A DNA stretch of 64,000 bases. Origin: Chlorokybus atmophyticus. Its lineage: Eukaryota; Plantae; Mesostigma and Chlorokybus algae. The stretch lies in assembly GCA_009103225.1 (NCBI GenBank), contig RHPI01000638.1:124001-188000 (forward strand). Reading direction: 5' to 3'. The translations under genes and the position numbers were made by a program. Each line of letters starts with the position of its first letter. Position 1 is the stretch's first letter. Of this stretch, positions 21,829 through 40,860 are shown piece after piece. The notes beneath the pieces were generated by a model, which saw nothing but the letters and a program-made list of their open reading frames with translations, was not told the DNA's origin and did not search any database.

Positions 21829-24800
21829 ATGGCAGAGGCCATCCTTGCCCGCCTGAAGCAAGCTGTGGACGGGAACGGTGCCGATGATGGCGACACAGAG
21901 AGTGGACGCAAGCGCCGCCGCAGCAGAGGCCTGTCGTTCCAGCCGGTGAGCGCTCCTCCTGCATGCAGCGCCAAACCCGGACAGCATGTAGGCACCAATG
22001 CAATGCTTGCAGCTGTGAGCATTGCCACTGTGCTAGTACTGTGCCAATGTGGTTGCAGTGAACCTTCAACCGTTTGTCACCTATATTCTTAGTCACTGAT
22101 AGCTGGTGCTTTGGAGCTTGCATTGGTGTGCATTCTGGTGTGTTATGCAGGTTCCAGTATAAACTATGCTTACAAGTTGCCTGTTGCTTTACAGTTGGTT
22201 CAGCAATTGGTGTATGAGCTCGAAGATATTGGTCTGTCCAGCGGGCTGCCGCCGCAAGCCCTGCATGCGGCGGTTGATGTCGCCACAGTGGATGCCGTGG
22301 ACAGCAAAACAGCTTTGACTCTGCTCGGAGCATGTCTGCCTTCAACTGTGGTGAGCGTAGGTGGACGTAGACACAAGCACGAGAGCTTGTCATGGTCAAG
22401 GCGCATCTATACTGGTGGTATGGTACGATACTTCATACTGCAGGTGTGGCCCAAGACTGTCGTATTGGCGTGTGGAGCGCTGGGTGGTGCGCCGGTCGTT
22501 GTCAAGGTACATGTGGCAATGTAATCAATGACGTTCTTTCCTGCATGTGGACTGCGGTAAACTCTGCCCCCACCGCCTTCAGGCGCCATTTGCATGCACG
22601 CAGTTGCACACACACATGCTCACGTGTGTGCGCGTGTGGGTACATGCATGCGCGATACTGTATGTGCGGGCAGTATGTACACATGCGCTCGCATGCATAT
22701 TGACACAACAAGTTTGACAAGCACACGCAATGCATGACCAGTGTTTTTGCTCGGTTAGCTCTTGCATGCACTTGTCGAGCAAGTGTCAGGGTTGGCTTGT
22801 GCTTGTGCAGGTTGCTATCATCAAGTGGATAATCCTAATACACAACTGCATAGAGAGCCATAGCATCCTCCAGGCGCTGTACCCACAGCTGTTTCAGCTT
22901 CTCGACTACCAAACCGTACGACCTTACACATGCCATCTGCTGTACAAGTTGACACAACGCAGAGACGTGCAACCATTCAGGATACGGTACATGAGTTGAA
23001 GCATACAATGGCATTTTGTCGTGATGTGTGGTCTAAGGCAATTAAGGCATGCTTACTTTGCAGCAAACTGCAGGCGCTGATAGTAAGCTCTGGCCGCGAG
23101 CCATGGATTGCAGCTCTGCTCGCGCGTTATCAGCAGTTGTGTCCAGAGTTGCCAATAGTCGCTTCTGCCGCACAATCTTCGTCAACTCCATTCAAGCCAT
23201 TGGATGCGTGAGTGGCAGAGCTCGCACAGCTCAGCAATTGCTGTTCATGTTGTTGTTTGACCTGTTGCTCATCAGCTGCAACCCTGGTAGTGGCCTTGTG
23301 GAAGCGCTGGCCAATATGCAAGCACGGAGTCCAAGTGCTATCATCGACAGAAGTGCAACTGAGGTGAAGACAGTTTTGTCGCGTGGAAGACATACAGCGG
23401 AAACAGCAGTGACTGTTCCTTCAGTACAAACGGCAATAAGCAATGGACACTGGCATGGACAGCCTGTGCTCGAGGTATGCACTGAATGCCTTGGGCGTGT
23501 TGGATGCGTCATGGCGATATGAAATCTGAGTGTAGCGTGCAGAAAGTATGGTTGGTGTCATTTCCAGGACATGCAAAGCTTTCAAGAGTTCTGTGAGCAT
23601 GTGGACACGCTGGCTCTTCCTCAGCAGCTTGCAGCGGTCATTAATGATACCAACCTGCAGGTACTTGAATGCAACAGAATGTAGGTTGTCCACATGCGTT
23701 GATGATCTTATGTGTGAGCCAGCAGTCATAACCATCACAATGCTCAAGATATCCATTGTTGATCAGAACGCTCCTCCTTTGCAGCATTTATTCTTGATGA
23801 GAGCGGAGCAGAGTGCCATTCAAAGAGTGCGCGAATGGGTGCAGTTTGCACTGGAAGAGCCCCTTGCTGCTGCGAATGAGAGTAGAATAGCGGATGACGT
23901 GCTGGACATCCTGCGCAAACTGGTTAGGTGCTAATGACTGCCCAATTGGCTGGGAACCATTGCTCCCTTTGTCATAGAAGGTTTCTCCATGCTGAAGCCG
24001 TACACGGGTGACTGCAGATTTTGTCAATTTTATCAGGAACTCTTGCCAGAGATAGAACAGTACTTGGTGAGGTTTTCCGCCACGTGGAATGGGAGGAGAC
24101 ACCGCACTATGGTAAGACCTTTGCCATCGCATGCAATCCGTCTCCTGTCCATGTCTCTGTTGCGCACTGGCAGAGCAGAACTCAAATCATTGTGTACGTG
24201 TACAGATACTGCAGCTGTACAGGCAATTACGTCCTTGTGCTTGGGAGGACCTCTATCAGGATGTTCTCTTGCCACTACAGAAGTGAGTGTGGGAGCTGCA
24301 CATGTGCTGCATGCTGGCAGATATCCACTTGGAGAGTTGTCTACTTACGAATTTTACGCCACAGGTTATGCCTTGATGGATCCGCCGAGTTGCAGGCGGC
24401 GGTGATAGACGCTTTGACAGAGATGTTGCGGTCATGGTTGCGCTATGACTGGAAGTAAGTGCGCATTGACAAAGTTGATCTGACTGCACATAGCCCGGCC
24501 ACGTCCCTGTACATGCTTGACAAAGCACTAGCTGCTGGCAGTGGACAAAGTCTTGCCATGACGCACATATTTCATGCACGGGACTTGATGCACATAGCTT
24601 TGGCACTAAGGCTCGCATCAGTAGCTTTGGTCAATCGCTGTTGAGACTGAGTTCCTTCGAGGAAGCAATGAACAATCAACTACTGCCTTTATGCTCGTAA
24701 CATCCACTCACGTTTGGAGTGCCTGTTCCGCCAGTCAGTGCTTAAAGCACCTCTATTACTTTGCTGCGCAGGCAGGTTGCGGTTGTTTCACTGCCAGGAG

Positions 24801-26423
24801 GTGCTGCTGCATTGGAGGCTACGGCACCTTTCGAGGTGTGGCTGCACCATCATCACATATTTGGCGCCATACCTGGCGGTGTGAACTACTACACCTTGCT
24901 GCAAGAAGTCATTCACTATGTGGACAGTTTGGGTACGCTGGACGCCTCAGATGCATGTGTATGCAATGCAACCTTGTCATATTGAAGGCTTGCTTGCCTG
25001 CCCGTGTCCCAGGCTCTCACGCACTGGGCAGCACCAATGCGGAGTTGGTGGTTCTCGATTCCATGCTCAACTTCTATGAGGTACATGGGTACATTCTGCC
25101 TGGCTGTTACCTTGCATTGCAGTGCTTGCTTTGCCTTGTAACGAACACAGTGGGCACTTGCATGGTAGTCAGTGTGTCTATGTATAAAAGCGACATGTTA
25201 AATGCTTATGCGTATGTATGTTCGTACCCACAGCTGGACTGCGCGTTCAATACGTGGTATGTTACACCTAAGCAACCTTGTGTGGCAGGTCGTGAGCGTG
25301 ATTGCGTCCAAGCACTCTGTACCGTTTACAAGGATACCTTCTGAGACGTTAGTTTACCGCTCGCTGCTGTACCCTCTCCCTCTGCACGTGTCGCGCATGG
25401 CGGGCATCCTCGCGCAGTATAAGACGGAGTTTGCCCACCTCAAGGGCACCAAGGATCCTGTGCTGGAGAACAAATACGGCTTCAGCAACGGGTTGGAGCA
25501 CATTGTTGGTTTCAACGGTGCGTGTTGAAAGCAGAATCACAATGCACTGCCCAGACCATGCGTGTGCACATGCGCGCGCGTGTATGGCTATGTTGCGAGG
25601 CTTGTTGCTTTCAGTGGTGCTTGATAACAAGCAGTATGGAACTTTTATGAAATCCGTCGGGCACAAGTGCGTGCGTGCGCGGAGAAGTAATGTGTCTTAC
25701 AAGTGTTGAGCGTCTTTTGGCGATCGCAGGTTTTGTGCTGGATTTCTGCAATGCGCTATGGCGGCAACGAATACTGGGAGCTGAAGAGTCAACAGTCTGT
25801 TTTGAGCTACCTGATGAAGTTCTTAGGAAGGTTGGGTACTACAAACAAGTTCTGCGTAAATGCTATTGCTGTGATTTTGCTGCTTACAAGCTTCATTGCT
25901 GCCAATCTGTAGCTTTGGGAGAAGGATGAACAGCTGCACCGGCGCCTGTCCATCACGCATTCGGTGGCGTTTGCGCCATTTGCGCATGCGTATGCGAGGA
26001 GGAAAGCTGTTGCAGTAGCTGATGTACGTGACGACTTGAAGGTTAGTGGAAGCAGATTTTGTGTTACTGCCAAGATATGCACGGTAGCACTGGTGCTGAG
26101 TGTGGTAATTTATTAGTTCTAAGGTCTGATGATCACTGAGGCTGTATTCCAACTGGTGCATCTCTAGACTTCATAAGCATTAAGCACTGACTTGCATGCA
26201 TGTTGGTCACAATGGCATATACATTTAGATTGTTCTTAGCATTCCATCAGTAGTAGTCCTTGTCCAACATAGTTACCACCACTTGTGCCATGCACACTAG
26301 TTGCCTCACACACTATCCTGTGGTCAGGTGGAGTACTTGTCGTTCCTTGCCAATCAAGGCATGGAAGGTCTTCAGCGCTTCCTCTGCTGTTTCGTTAGCT
26401 CGCTCGTCAACCGCACCAAGTAG
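21829..26423 (+). CDS. CENPI: Centromere protein I (CENP-I/Mis6/Ctf3) homologue, ~12 exons
   Basis: Collinear blocks match remembered CENP-I/Mis6 sequence: LEDIGLSSGLPPQAL...LLGACLPSTVVS; IKWIIL...LYPQLFQLLDYQTVRPYTCHLLYKLTQRRDVQPFRIRKLQAL...ALLARYQQLCP; ELLPEIEQYL..TWNG; SMLNFYE; PSETLVYRSLL...SRMAGILAQYK; NGFVLDFCNALWRQR; LSITHS; final exon VEYLSFLANQGMEGLQRFL...*. Confidence 0.85.
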
Positions 26424-27290
26424 AGCTGGGCGTCGGACACTCCACCCTTACCAATGCAATGGCGCGATTGCAAGGTGGGCCTTTGCAGTGTAGTAAACAG
26501 TCGTGTTGCCCACACACACGCACATGCACGCGCGCGCGCGCAGGCGCAGGCGCTCGCACACGTGCTTGCACACATGCATGTTGGACTGGTCTATGCGCGT
26601 GTATGTACAGTTGTATGCGAGAGCTGTGCGCAACGCATTCAGTAAAGCATAGCATGGTTTGACAATGCATATTGTTGACTCAAAGAAGACAGGCTATTCT
26701 ACGCCGCAACGCATGGAAAAGTCTTGCTTCCTGAGTCTGTGCTTATCTATGGAGTTGCATGTAGTGCCATAAAGGGATGCCCTGTTGATGTATGACTGAC
26801 CCAGGCCTGTATTGCAGTGACACCACAACAGAAGATTGGTTTTACCATGCAGGGTAGCTTGACCAAGGCAAGGCTCCAGCGCATGATACTGCCGCAACAT
26901 GCGAGTGCACAATGTGCATCACCCAACATAGCTGCAGACTGTAGGCTCACTCTAGCGCATTGTTGAGCTTGGTACCAATGCTAGAGAAGGGGACGAATAA
27001 AGATCTGCACTGGCACAACCATACGCTGCTCAATGGGTGTACACTGCTTGCATGCAACACGTGGCAACAGGGTTGGTTTGCTGTTTGCGAATGCTGTGCC
27101 ATGTTGTACTGCTCAAACTGTTATGGCTTCAGGCTTGGCTCGCCTGTAGCACAACACATGCATGCGTGTCTTGCATGTTATGTACACATGATTTGTAAGG
27201 ACACAAGTGTGTGCAGCTATCGCGTGTACGTGTGTATAGAGAGAGTAGTGCGCACTTATCCTCATATGTGAGCAGCTCTTATTTGAGATA

Positions 27291-27382
27291 TGTAACACAC
27301 CCTGAGAACAGCTGCAGCTCAATGACAACATGCTGTACATTGTCTAGGACCTAACATAAGTGGAGCTGTTCTCAGGTGTTAC
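27291..27382. repeat. Short hairpin/MITE-like inverted repeat
   Basis: gtaacacaccctgagaacagct ... agctgttctcaggtgttac form near-perfect ~20-bp inverted arms. Confidence 0.6.
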
Positions 27383-27704
27383 ACATCACTCACAATATGC
27401 TGTACACTTTCCAAGACCTGTACTGTCATACGGGGAGATGTTGTTAGGGTGTGTTACAACTTGTCAGGCTGGTCGGTGCCCCAATCTCACCGAAGTTGCA
27501 ATGTTGAACTGTGGTGGTCTTCTTTTTGCATTTCACTAGTGTTGCATGCCAGTTGCATACTTGGGCTGAGCACGGGCATCGATGTACCTTTTACTTCAGT
27601 TGTATATGCTTGCTTGCTCACACAACGACTAATACATTATCCGAATGCCTGCATGCATCTCGCCACACTTGCAGAAAGAAAACTCTGCTGATTAGACAAC
27701 GCTG

Positions 27705-27739
<35 letters not shown>

Positions 27740-28246
27740 GTCTGTTAGTCGCATTGCATGGAAGCAACCACTCTGCAGTACCCACACTGGTGTTTCAGCT
27801 AGTAGCGCTGGTTGCTACTTGCATGGTTGAGCTGACGGCTGGCTGATTGGAGCCGACGCTGTGAGTAACGTCAAGGTGCGTTGCTGTTTAGTTTTGTTGT
27901 AATTGATGTCGATGTTGGTGTTGGTGTTGGTGTTGTTGTTGCTGTTGTTGTTGTTGTTGTTGACTTACCAACCAAGCAGCACTTTTATTCCACCCATGCT
28001 AAAGCAGCAAGCACATTTGTGTCATTGTGGGCTCAAGTTAAACGCACTAACTATCGTCATAATAACAACAGCTGCAACCTCCTCGACTTGCGCCTTGCAA
28101 TGATAGCATCTTTCAACTACGGAGTGACAACATTTCCAACTCACACATCCCTCTGTTGCTGGCAGGGCCTTTTCAACTTCAAGTCTCGAACGAGAGAGAG
28201 AGAAAGAGAGAGAGATGCCAGCTTGAAGCCCAGATTAGTTCAGCTT

Positions 28247-33594
<5,348 letters not shown>

Positions 33595-34499
33595 ATATGA
33601 CTATAGCGTTGTTGTAGTTTGTTATAAGACAAAATCTCATCGTCATTTTGGTTGTGCATATTGACGCCCAAACTTGATGATGGGGCTTGGGTGTGTGGGT
33701 GTCGCTAAGGTATCTTCGTGTTCACTTGTTGTGTCGTCTGGTGTGCCATTGATCTGTATATGGTAGGCATATCTTTTGCTGCCGGGGCTGTTACTGACTA
33801 GCCTAGCTTGAACTGTCATAAGCACGTACGCTACCCGCATTGTGGACGCTTGACTGCATCTACTCTTGTGCAAGGGTTGCTTGTGTCCAAACACACTCCC
33901 AGAAGTGTGCTTTGAACCAGCGCAGTGCTTATGCAAGCCGTTGTCGCGGTGTACAGGCATTCCAATGTAACAGATGCAAGAATGTACGCACACACGTAAC
34001 TCGCGGACTTGCTGCTACGCTACTTGCTATATGCTGCTATGCTACTACGTGCTGCTATGCTTGCTACTGGCTGCTTTGCCACTACTATGCTACTTGCTGG
34101 TGCTGATGCTGGTGCTGTGTTGCTGGTGCTGATGCTTGTGATGCTTGTAACCACTATGCAGTGCATGTGACAGAGATGCTTCATGCCAGTCATGTTGGTG
34201 ACCGTTGAGACAAGCGACTGACAGAGCGCCTGCAGGCGTTGCGACCTTGTGTTGTGACAGGGATTGGGTATACAGCCGCCATCGGAGCTGCTCGGAGGCG
34301 GGGGGGTCCAGTCAGTCGTCAACATCGTCCAAGTCCAACTGGTCTACCCCCTCCACAAGGACTGAGCCCGGACCTCTGCTGCGCAGGTGGTTACCCCGTG
34401 CTGAAACCTCTCCATCCCTCAACCCCCTGCTCTGCCTGCTTGTGGTTGTCGTGCTAGCTAGCTGTGTCATAGCTTAGCAGTTGGCAAGCGCTGGTCTGC

Positions 34500-34650
34500 C
34501 CCCCCCCNNNNNNNNNNNNNNNNNNNNNNNNNNNNNNNNNNNNNNNNNNNNNNNNNNNNNNNNNNNNNNNNNNNNNNNNNNNNNNNNNNNNNNNNNNNNN
34601 NNNNNNNNNNNNNNNNNNNNNNNNNNNNNCCCCCCCCCCCCCCCCCCCCT
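34500..34650. other. Assembly gap (Ns 34508-34629) flanked by poly-C
   Basis: Seen directly in the sequence. Confidence 0.98.
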
Positions 34651-35711
34651 TCCAAATTTGCAATGATACCATGTGTGTGACTGCCTTGACACTGCTTCTG
34701 CACCACACTTGCATCTATACTGCTTTTACACATGCACCGCACTCATCACAACTCGGCAAAGCACTCCGCAATTACAATATTCGGGGGCAAAGGGCTAAGC
34801 TCAACTAAGTGCGAGCAACCAAGTGGGATGCAAGGCGGTTGGGCAAGAAGGGCAAGGAGTAGGGCAAGCAGAAGGTAACCGACCTGTGGCAACAGCGCCG
34901 TAGGTTAGACCTGGTGTGGTCCAGCAACTGACAGTGTCACAAGCACAGCAATAGCAGCAGCTGCAAGGGCGGAGTGTGCAGTGCTGGTGGTGTGCTTAGG
35001 CAGGCATGGCGGCCGCCTACTACTGGTGAGATTCTGGCGTACATTCTAGCCGCTTTAAGTGCATAATCGCTAAGCGCATACAGCAGCATATGTCACCGTT
35101 AAAAAGCGATTAGTGCATAAATGTCACAACACAGAAGGCCGAACCATGGGCAACAGCCATTCGCTAGTCATATCCACGTTAGAGCATGCATATTTTCAAT
35201 GGGTTTTACTAGGGTCACAAACGTCATGCACGCATTGAGGTTTGATTGAGACAATGTGATCAGAAATGGCTGCAGGCGCTTCCAGCTGCAACAGCTCGTT
35301 GGTGAATTAGTCCGTAGCAGCCACCGTAGTTAGTGACAATGTTGCAACATGGCACTGTTGCTGCACATGATCATGCACACGACACTCATGAATGCAAGCA
35401 TGGCATGACTCATGAATGCAAGCATGACATGACTCACGAGTGCGCGCATGGCAGCACAGCAAACAGAAGTATGCGTGCCCCTTCTCCTTGTGCATGATCC
35501 GCAGAGCGGTTATGACGATAATTACTACAGCAAATGTGTACACAACCCTCTTATCGATTTCCAGACATATTATCTTTTTAAAACCAACTGCAACTTCAGT
35601 TTGCAACATGCGCACCGCGCAAAAGAGATGATCAATAACGCAAAGAATGGGATTTAAGTCAATAAATAGCAGCTAGCTTCTACCCTTTGTACACAGCAAT
35701 TCTCCCACCCA

Positions 35712-38700
35712 CTACAGCTTGCAATCCGCATATGTTCCATAAATCTCCTGCCCGAGCGCTCCCGTATTCCCGGGCCGCGAGTACACTATCTGCATCACTC
35801 CCAGCGTGCGCGTCCTGAACCCAACAGCACAATACAGAAAGTAATAATCCCAGGCTCTGATGAACTTCTCATCGAAGCCGAGCGCACGCACGCGATCGAT
35901 GTTGGAAAGGAAGGCCTCGCGCCATTTGAGCAATGTGGGAGCGTAGTGGGGACCGATGTTCTCGGCGCTCTCGATGGAGAAGGAAGAGTGTGAGGACATG
36001 GCTGAGATTAACGAAGCGAAAGAAGGCACGCAGCAACCGGGGAAGATGTACTCTTTGATGAAGTCGCTGCTCTTGCGGTAGACGTCGTAACGCTCCTCGG
36101 GGGTCGTGATCACCTGCGAGTTGTTGGGTTGGGTTGGGTTGGGCTGAGTTGGGTTGGGTTAGGTGGGTGTCGTGCGCCTCGCGAGGTGAGATGTGTGCCT
36201 GTTGTGTGTGACATGTTGTCATACATACCCACATGCGCGTGTGCGTGTGCACATACACGTGCATGTGAGCAAACAACAGCGTGAATGTGTAATATGCACA
36301 TGTACACGCACATAAATAAGACATGTATGCTTGCATGCAAACGCGTGCGCGTGCAACAGCACACCGCACATGTATAATGTGAACGTGCCTGCGTATGAAA
36401 ACGCACACGTCCATGCTGCAGACACCCACACGCACGCGCGCACACCCACCCACACACACGCATGCATGCACGCACGCACGCACAAATGGGTCTTCCCCCT
36501 CCCCACACCCACACCCACATACCTGCACCACCATGATCCCATCTGGTTTCAGCAGCCTGTCGCACTGCCCGTAAAAATCCCCAAGATACTCATGTCCCAC
36601 TGCCTCCAGCATCTCGCACGAGACGATCCGATCGAACGCGCATCCCTCGACGTCGGCCAGCGATCGGTAGTCGCACAGCTTGAAGGTGATCTTGTTGGAC
36701 AGGTTCAGAGCATCGACGCGGGACTGGGCGAGGGCCAACTGCTCCTTGGATAGAGTGATGCCTGAGGGGAGAGGAGTGTGTGTGTACAGAGGTAAGTGGT
36801 GACGGTGACATGACAATTGGGTTGGACAGAGATACATATGCACGGATACGCGCACACGCGCGTACGCATGCATGCATGTAAATGCACAGATATACGAGCA
36901 CGACACACGCCCGTATATGCGTGTGTCAACACATATATGCACGCACACGAGCGCAGACCCCCACCCACCCACCCACACAGACCAGTAGAGCAGTTACGTG
37001 ACTGTATGACTTCATTGGTGAGTTAATTTGAAACACCAACATCACCTGTGACATGGCATCCGGTGGCTTGCACCGCCATGATAGCTAAGCTCCCCCACCC
37101 AAACCCAATATCCAGCACTCTATGCTTTTCCCCAATCCTCGCTTTCTCAATCAACCCCATAATCTTCCTCGTCTGCGCGTCTTGCAGTGGCTCGCCTGGA
37201 TGTTGAAATACAGCGCACGAGTACGCCATGGTCGGATCCAAGAATAAAGAGAACAACTCGTTGCCGAGGTCGTAGTGGGCGGCGATGTTGCGACGGGCCT
37301 GAGAGAGCGTGTTGGCGCGGAGCAAGTGGCGGAAGTAGGCGGAGGCATAACCGAGGCCGGCGGTGGCTAAGGAAGCACCCGCCATCAACCAACCCACGCG
37401 CCTTGGGGGTGACAATAGAAGTTAGGCACATGTGCTTGCGCGTAGGCGCACATACACACGCAGGAACTCTTACACAATGTGCGCATACACATGTGCGCGT
37501 GCGCAAGCACCCACTCACACTGCACGCACGCACGCACGCCATGGCAACGCACACACACGCACACGCACACGCACGCCATGGCAACATGCCCGTACAGGCA
37601 CATGTTGCACTGCAGATACACACATCAGCACAGGACACGCACATGCACATTTTCTTACTTGTTGTGGGAGCCTCCGGGTTTGCGCTGGGCGTCGCGGTTG
37701 ACTATCAGCAGCTCCAGCAAGTCCATCACGGTGGCGTCGGGTCCAGCGCACTCGAAATCCGCATCAATGTACGCATCAGCAATACCAAGGTCCGCGCGTG
37801 TAGCCACCTGTTTGTGTGCATTCAACACGCAACAATTGCACTTCCGCTTGCACGCACGCACACACATACGCATGCAAGCGTGCAAGTGCGCGCTCACACA
37901 TGCACGCATGGATATACTCGCGCACGTACGCATGCAATCAATCATCCATGCACGCCAACATGCAAACACGCACGCATCACTCATGCACGCGCACGCATAC
38001 ACACGCACACACGCGTGCATGCACACGCACACGCAGCCTCACCTTCCAGTAGAAGGTCGGCGAATGCACGCGCAGCTGGCAGTGCGGCTGACATCTCCCC
38101 TTGCCCTCGCCATCTCCCTCAGGATTCCCAATCACAACCGTCGAGCCGCCCGTTTCCGCAATACTGCAAAACCGATACAACTCTTCAACACCGATATCAC
38201 ACCCGCACACGCACACACACCACAATCAACAACCACACTTACGTAATGCTCCCAATCTTGATGAACCCCCGCAGGAACGCAATCACGGCCGCCTTGGACA
38301 CGCTCTCCGTCACAGAGAGAGCGAACTGTTTCGGGTACGGCAGCAACGCAGGCTTCTCTTGCAACAACGCGCTGGCGGCGCGCACGCCAGCGACAAAACC
38401 GTCTTCATGAAAACCGTACCTGCACCGGAGATGCATCAGAGAGATGCATCAGAGAGATACGATATACGCACACGCACGTACCCCGCGTATGCGCCAGCGA
38501 AGTATGTGTGGTTTGTTCCTTGCATGCGCGTGAGGCGAGCGGCGGCGAGGGCGGCGGCGCGGCTGGGGACGGGGTGGGACGTGCGCCACTCGGATGCGAC
38601 GGAGGAGGGGGGAGGGGGAGAGGAGGGGTTGAGAGTCACGAAGAGGGGAGGGACCGTGGACGGAAGGTTCTGAGGAGGGGAGAGTGAACATAAGCGCATC

Positions 38701-40860
38701 AGTATGAGAGATGGTGTGAACCTTCGGGGGGGGGGACTACAGCAGCTGTGTAGGTGTGATGCAACGTAGTATGGTACAGTGTGTGGAACACATAGTTCAA
38801 CTTGCTTGCTTTGATGTCATGTGCTGTGATGAAGTGTGGCATAGTGTGGTGTGCTATGTAGTGTCGTGTACTTTGTAGTATAGTACTAGCATAGCGAAGG
38901 TTACCATGCTATGTTGCGTGGTGTTGTAGTTATCGTGTACTAGTAGTATAGCATTACATTGTTATACAATTCATCAATAATTCGTGTCGTGTGGTGTGTG
39001 TGTGTGTGTTGGTGTCTCGTCACTTGATTTTGCTGCTACTCACCACCGCGGTCCTGTGCTAGTGCCCTAAGTACTGATGCCACACAGAGCAATTTGGTAC
39101 AGTGCATTTGTACATCTCGACACAATGACATGCTTGCCTGCAGTCTGTTGAGCCAATACGTCACCGTCACGCCCGACTCGGCATCCCCAAGAAAGTTCCA
39201 GCTGCTCCAGCAGTTGCGCCTGTATCACAACAACAACACGACATCACTCACACTCTTTTACACCCCCACCCCCCCACCCCACACACACACACTCAAACCC
39301 ACCTCGTAGGCATGAAGGACACATCCCTGTGCAGATATATCTTACTCTCCGAGTATCCAAACGCCGACAATGTATCCCTCTCCTCCTGGTCGGCATCATC
39401 ACCGAGGATTGCGAGGGCGTCGGGTGCGTGGCAGGCGAGGATGCACTTGTCGTATGTGTGCGTGTGGGAGTTGTTGGTATCATCAACGGATACAACAGAC
39501 ACGCCCGTGGGGGTGCGTGTGACGCTCTTCACGGGTGTGGAGAGCCGGATATCTGCCCCGTGATCGCGGAGGAAAACGAGGACCTTAGACACGTAGGTGC
39601 GAGAGCGGCCAGCCACGGTCAGCCATTGAGGCCTACCGAGGATCTGTGGGAAGGGGAGTGTGTGTGCGTGTGTGCGTTCGCAAACACGCCTATGCGCGAC
39701 AATACGTACACAGGTCTGTGCGTGCGTGTGCATGTGAATGTGCACATGTGTTCGTGTGCGCAAGCGTGTGCGTGTGCTCACCTTTGTTTAGATGCACATG
39801 CATGTGGGCTTTCAACACACTTGATATCCACATGCATACCTCTGCATGTACAAATGCAAATGCGCCTATATGCTGTGTACACTCGCACACATGAACACTT
39901 GCTTGACCACACGCACACAAAGTTGTGTAATCTGTCTCAATCTTACCTGCAACATGTGGTGGTTTTTAAGGAAGGACAGTATGCTGTTTGCCGAGCACGC
40001 CAACACTGTAGCTGTGGAGCACGACCATATGGCCGCGCACACGGGGAGTAGATAGTACTCTTTGAAGTAAGCCGAGTACCCGTGCTTGTTCAAAAATCCC
40101 CCGAGCGCAATATCATCTTCGGGTGTATCATTAAGATATCTCTCAGCATCGCCCCTAAAGCGCAGCATCTCCGATATCATGCGCAGGAACGACGGGTTCA
40201 ACATGTTGGCACGCTGCGCGAAGAGAGCGTCGAGGCCATCGCTACCCCACTCTAGGAACGGAGTGTTGTTGGGTTGTTCGTCTCTGCTCCCCCTCTTCAG
40301 GCTCACGGCAAAGGACATGTCGCTGGGCTCCACAGCCACGCCGAGCGAATCGAACCACTCCAACATGTTGGGATACGTCACCTGAAAGCAGAATGTTGAC
40401 TCCATTATAGAACTTTGTACGCGCACACTGCAACCAGTGATGCAATGCAAGCATGCAGGAATGTGCGTGTTGGTGAACACTCAATGGCATAAGGATCAAC
40501 GCGCAAGCATGTCTGCAAACCATCAACCCACATTGACTCAATGGAGGGAAAACTCAATGCAGGTGTGCATGTTTGGTTATAGTTCCACAACCCAACACGT
40601 CGGTCCGCTTGTTATGGCATTGTCACATTGCATCACAGGCACGTATTCCCCCCACTCACTCTGTTGAACACCATGAAGCCGACATCGACCTCGACCCCAT
40701 CGACTTGGACGGTTCGGGCATGTCCCCCTACTTCCACGTCACGCTCGTACAGCGTCACGCTGTGGCCTGCCGCCGCCACACGCCACGCCGCGGCCAGACC
40801 GGCCACGCCGCCGCCTACCACCGCCACCCTCAGAGGGGTGGCGGGGGCGGCGGGAGCCAT
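35712..40860 (-). CDS. cfa: Plant-type cyclopropane-fatty-acyl-phospholipid synthase-like protein: N-terminal FAD amine-oxidase-family domain fused to a SAM-dependent CFA/CMAS methyltransferase, 11 exons
   Basis: VAVVGGGVAGLAAA...GGHART...DVGFMVFNRVTYPNM; WSSWNF; YWLNRLQNL; GAYAGYGFHEDG; ARRNIAAHYDLGNELFSLFLDPTMAYSCA; VLDIGFGWGSL; GITLSKEQL; DRIVSCEMLEAVGHEY; DFIKEYIFPG; HYAPTLLKWR; WDYYFLYCAVGF. All exons are phase-consistent. Confidence 0.95.

Noticed and set aside
26750-27830. Possible small spliced gene on the minus strand
   Set aside because: A few plausible exons were seen, but there is no recognisable product or firm start codon.
34467-34742. ORFs and a poly-C/G tract spanning the N gap
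   Set aside because: Assembly gap; the homopolymer length is unreliable.
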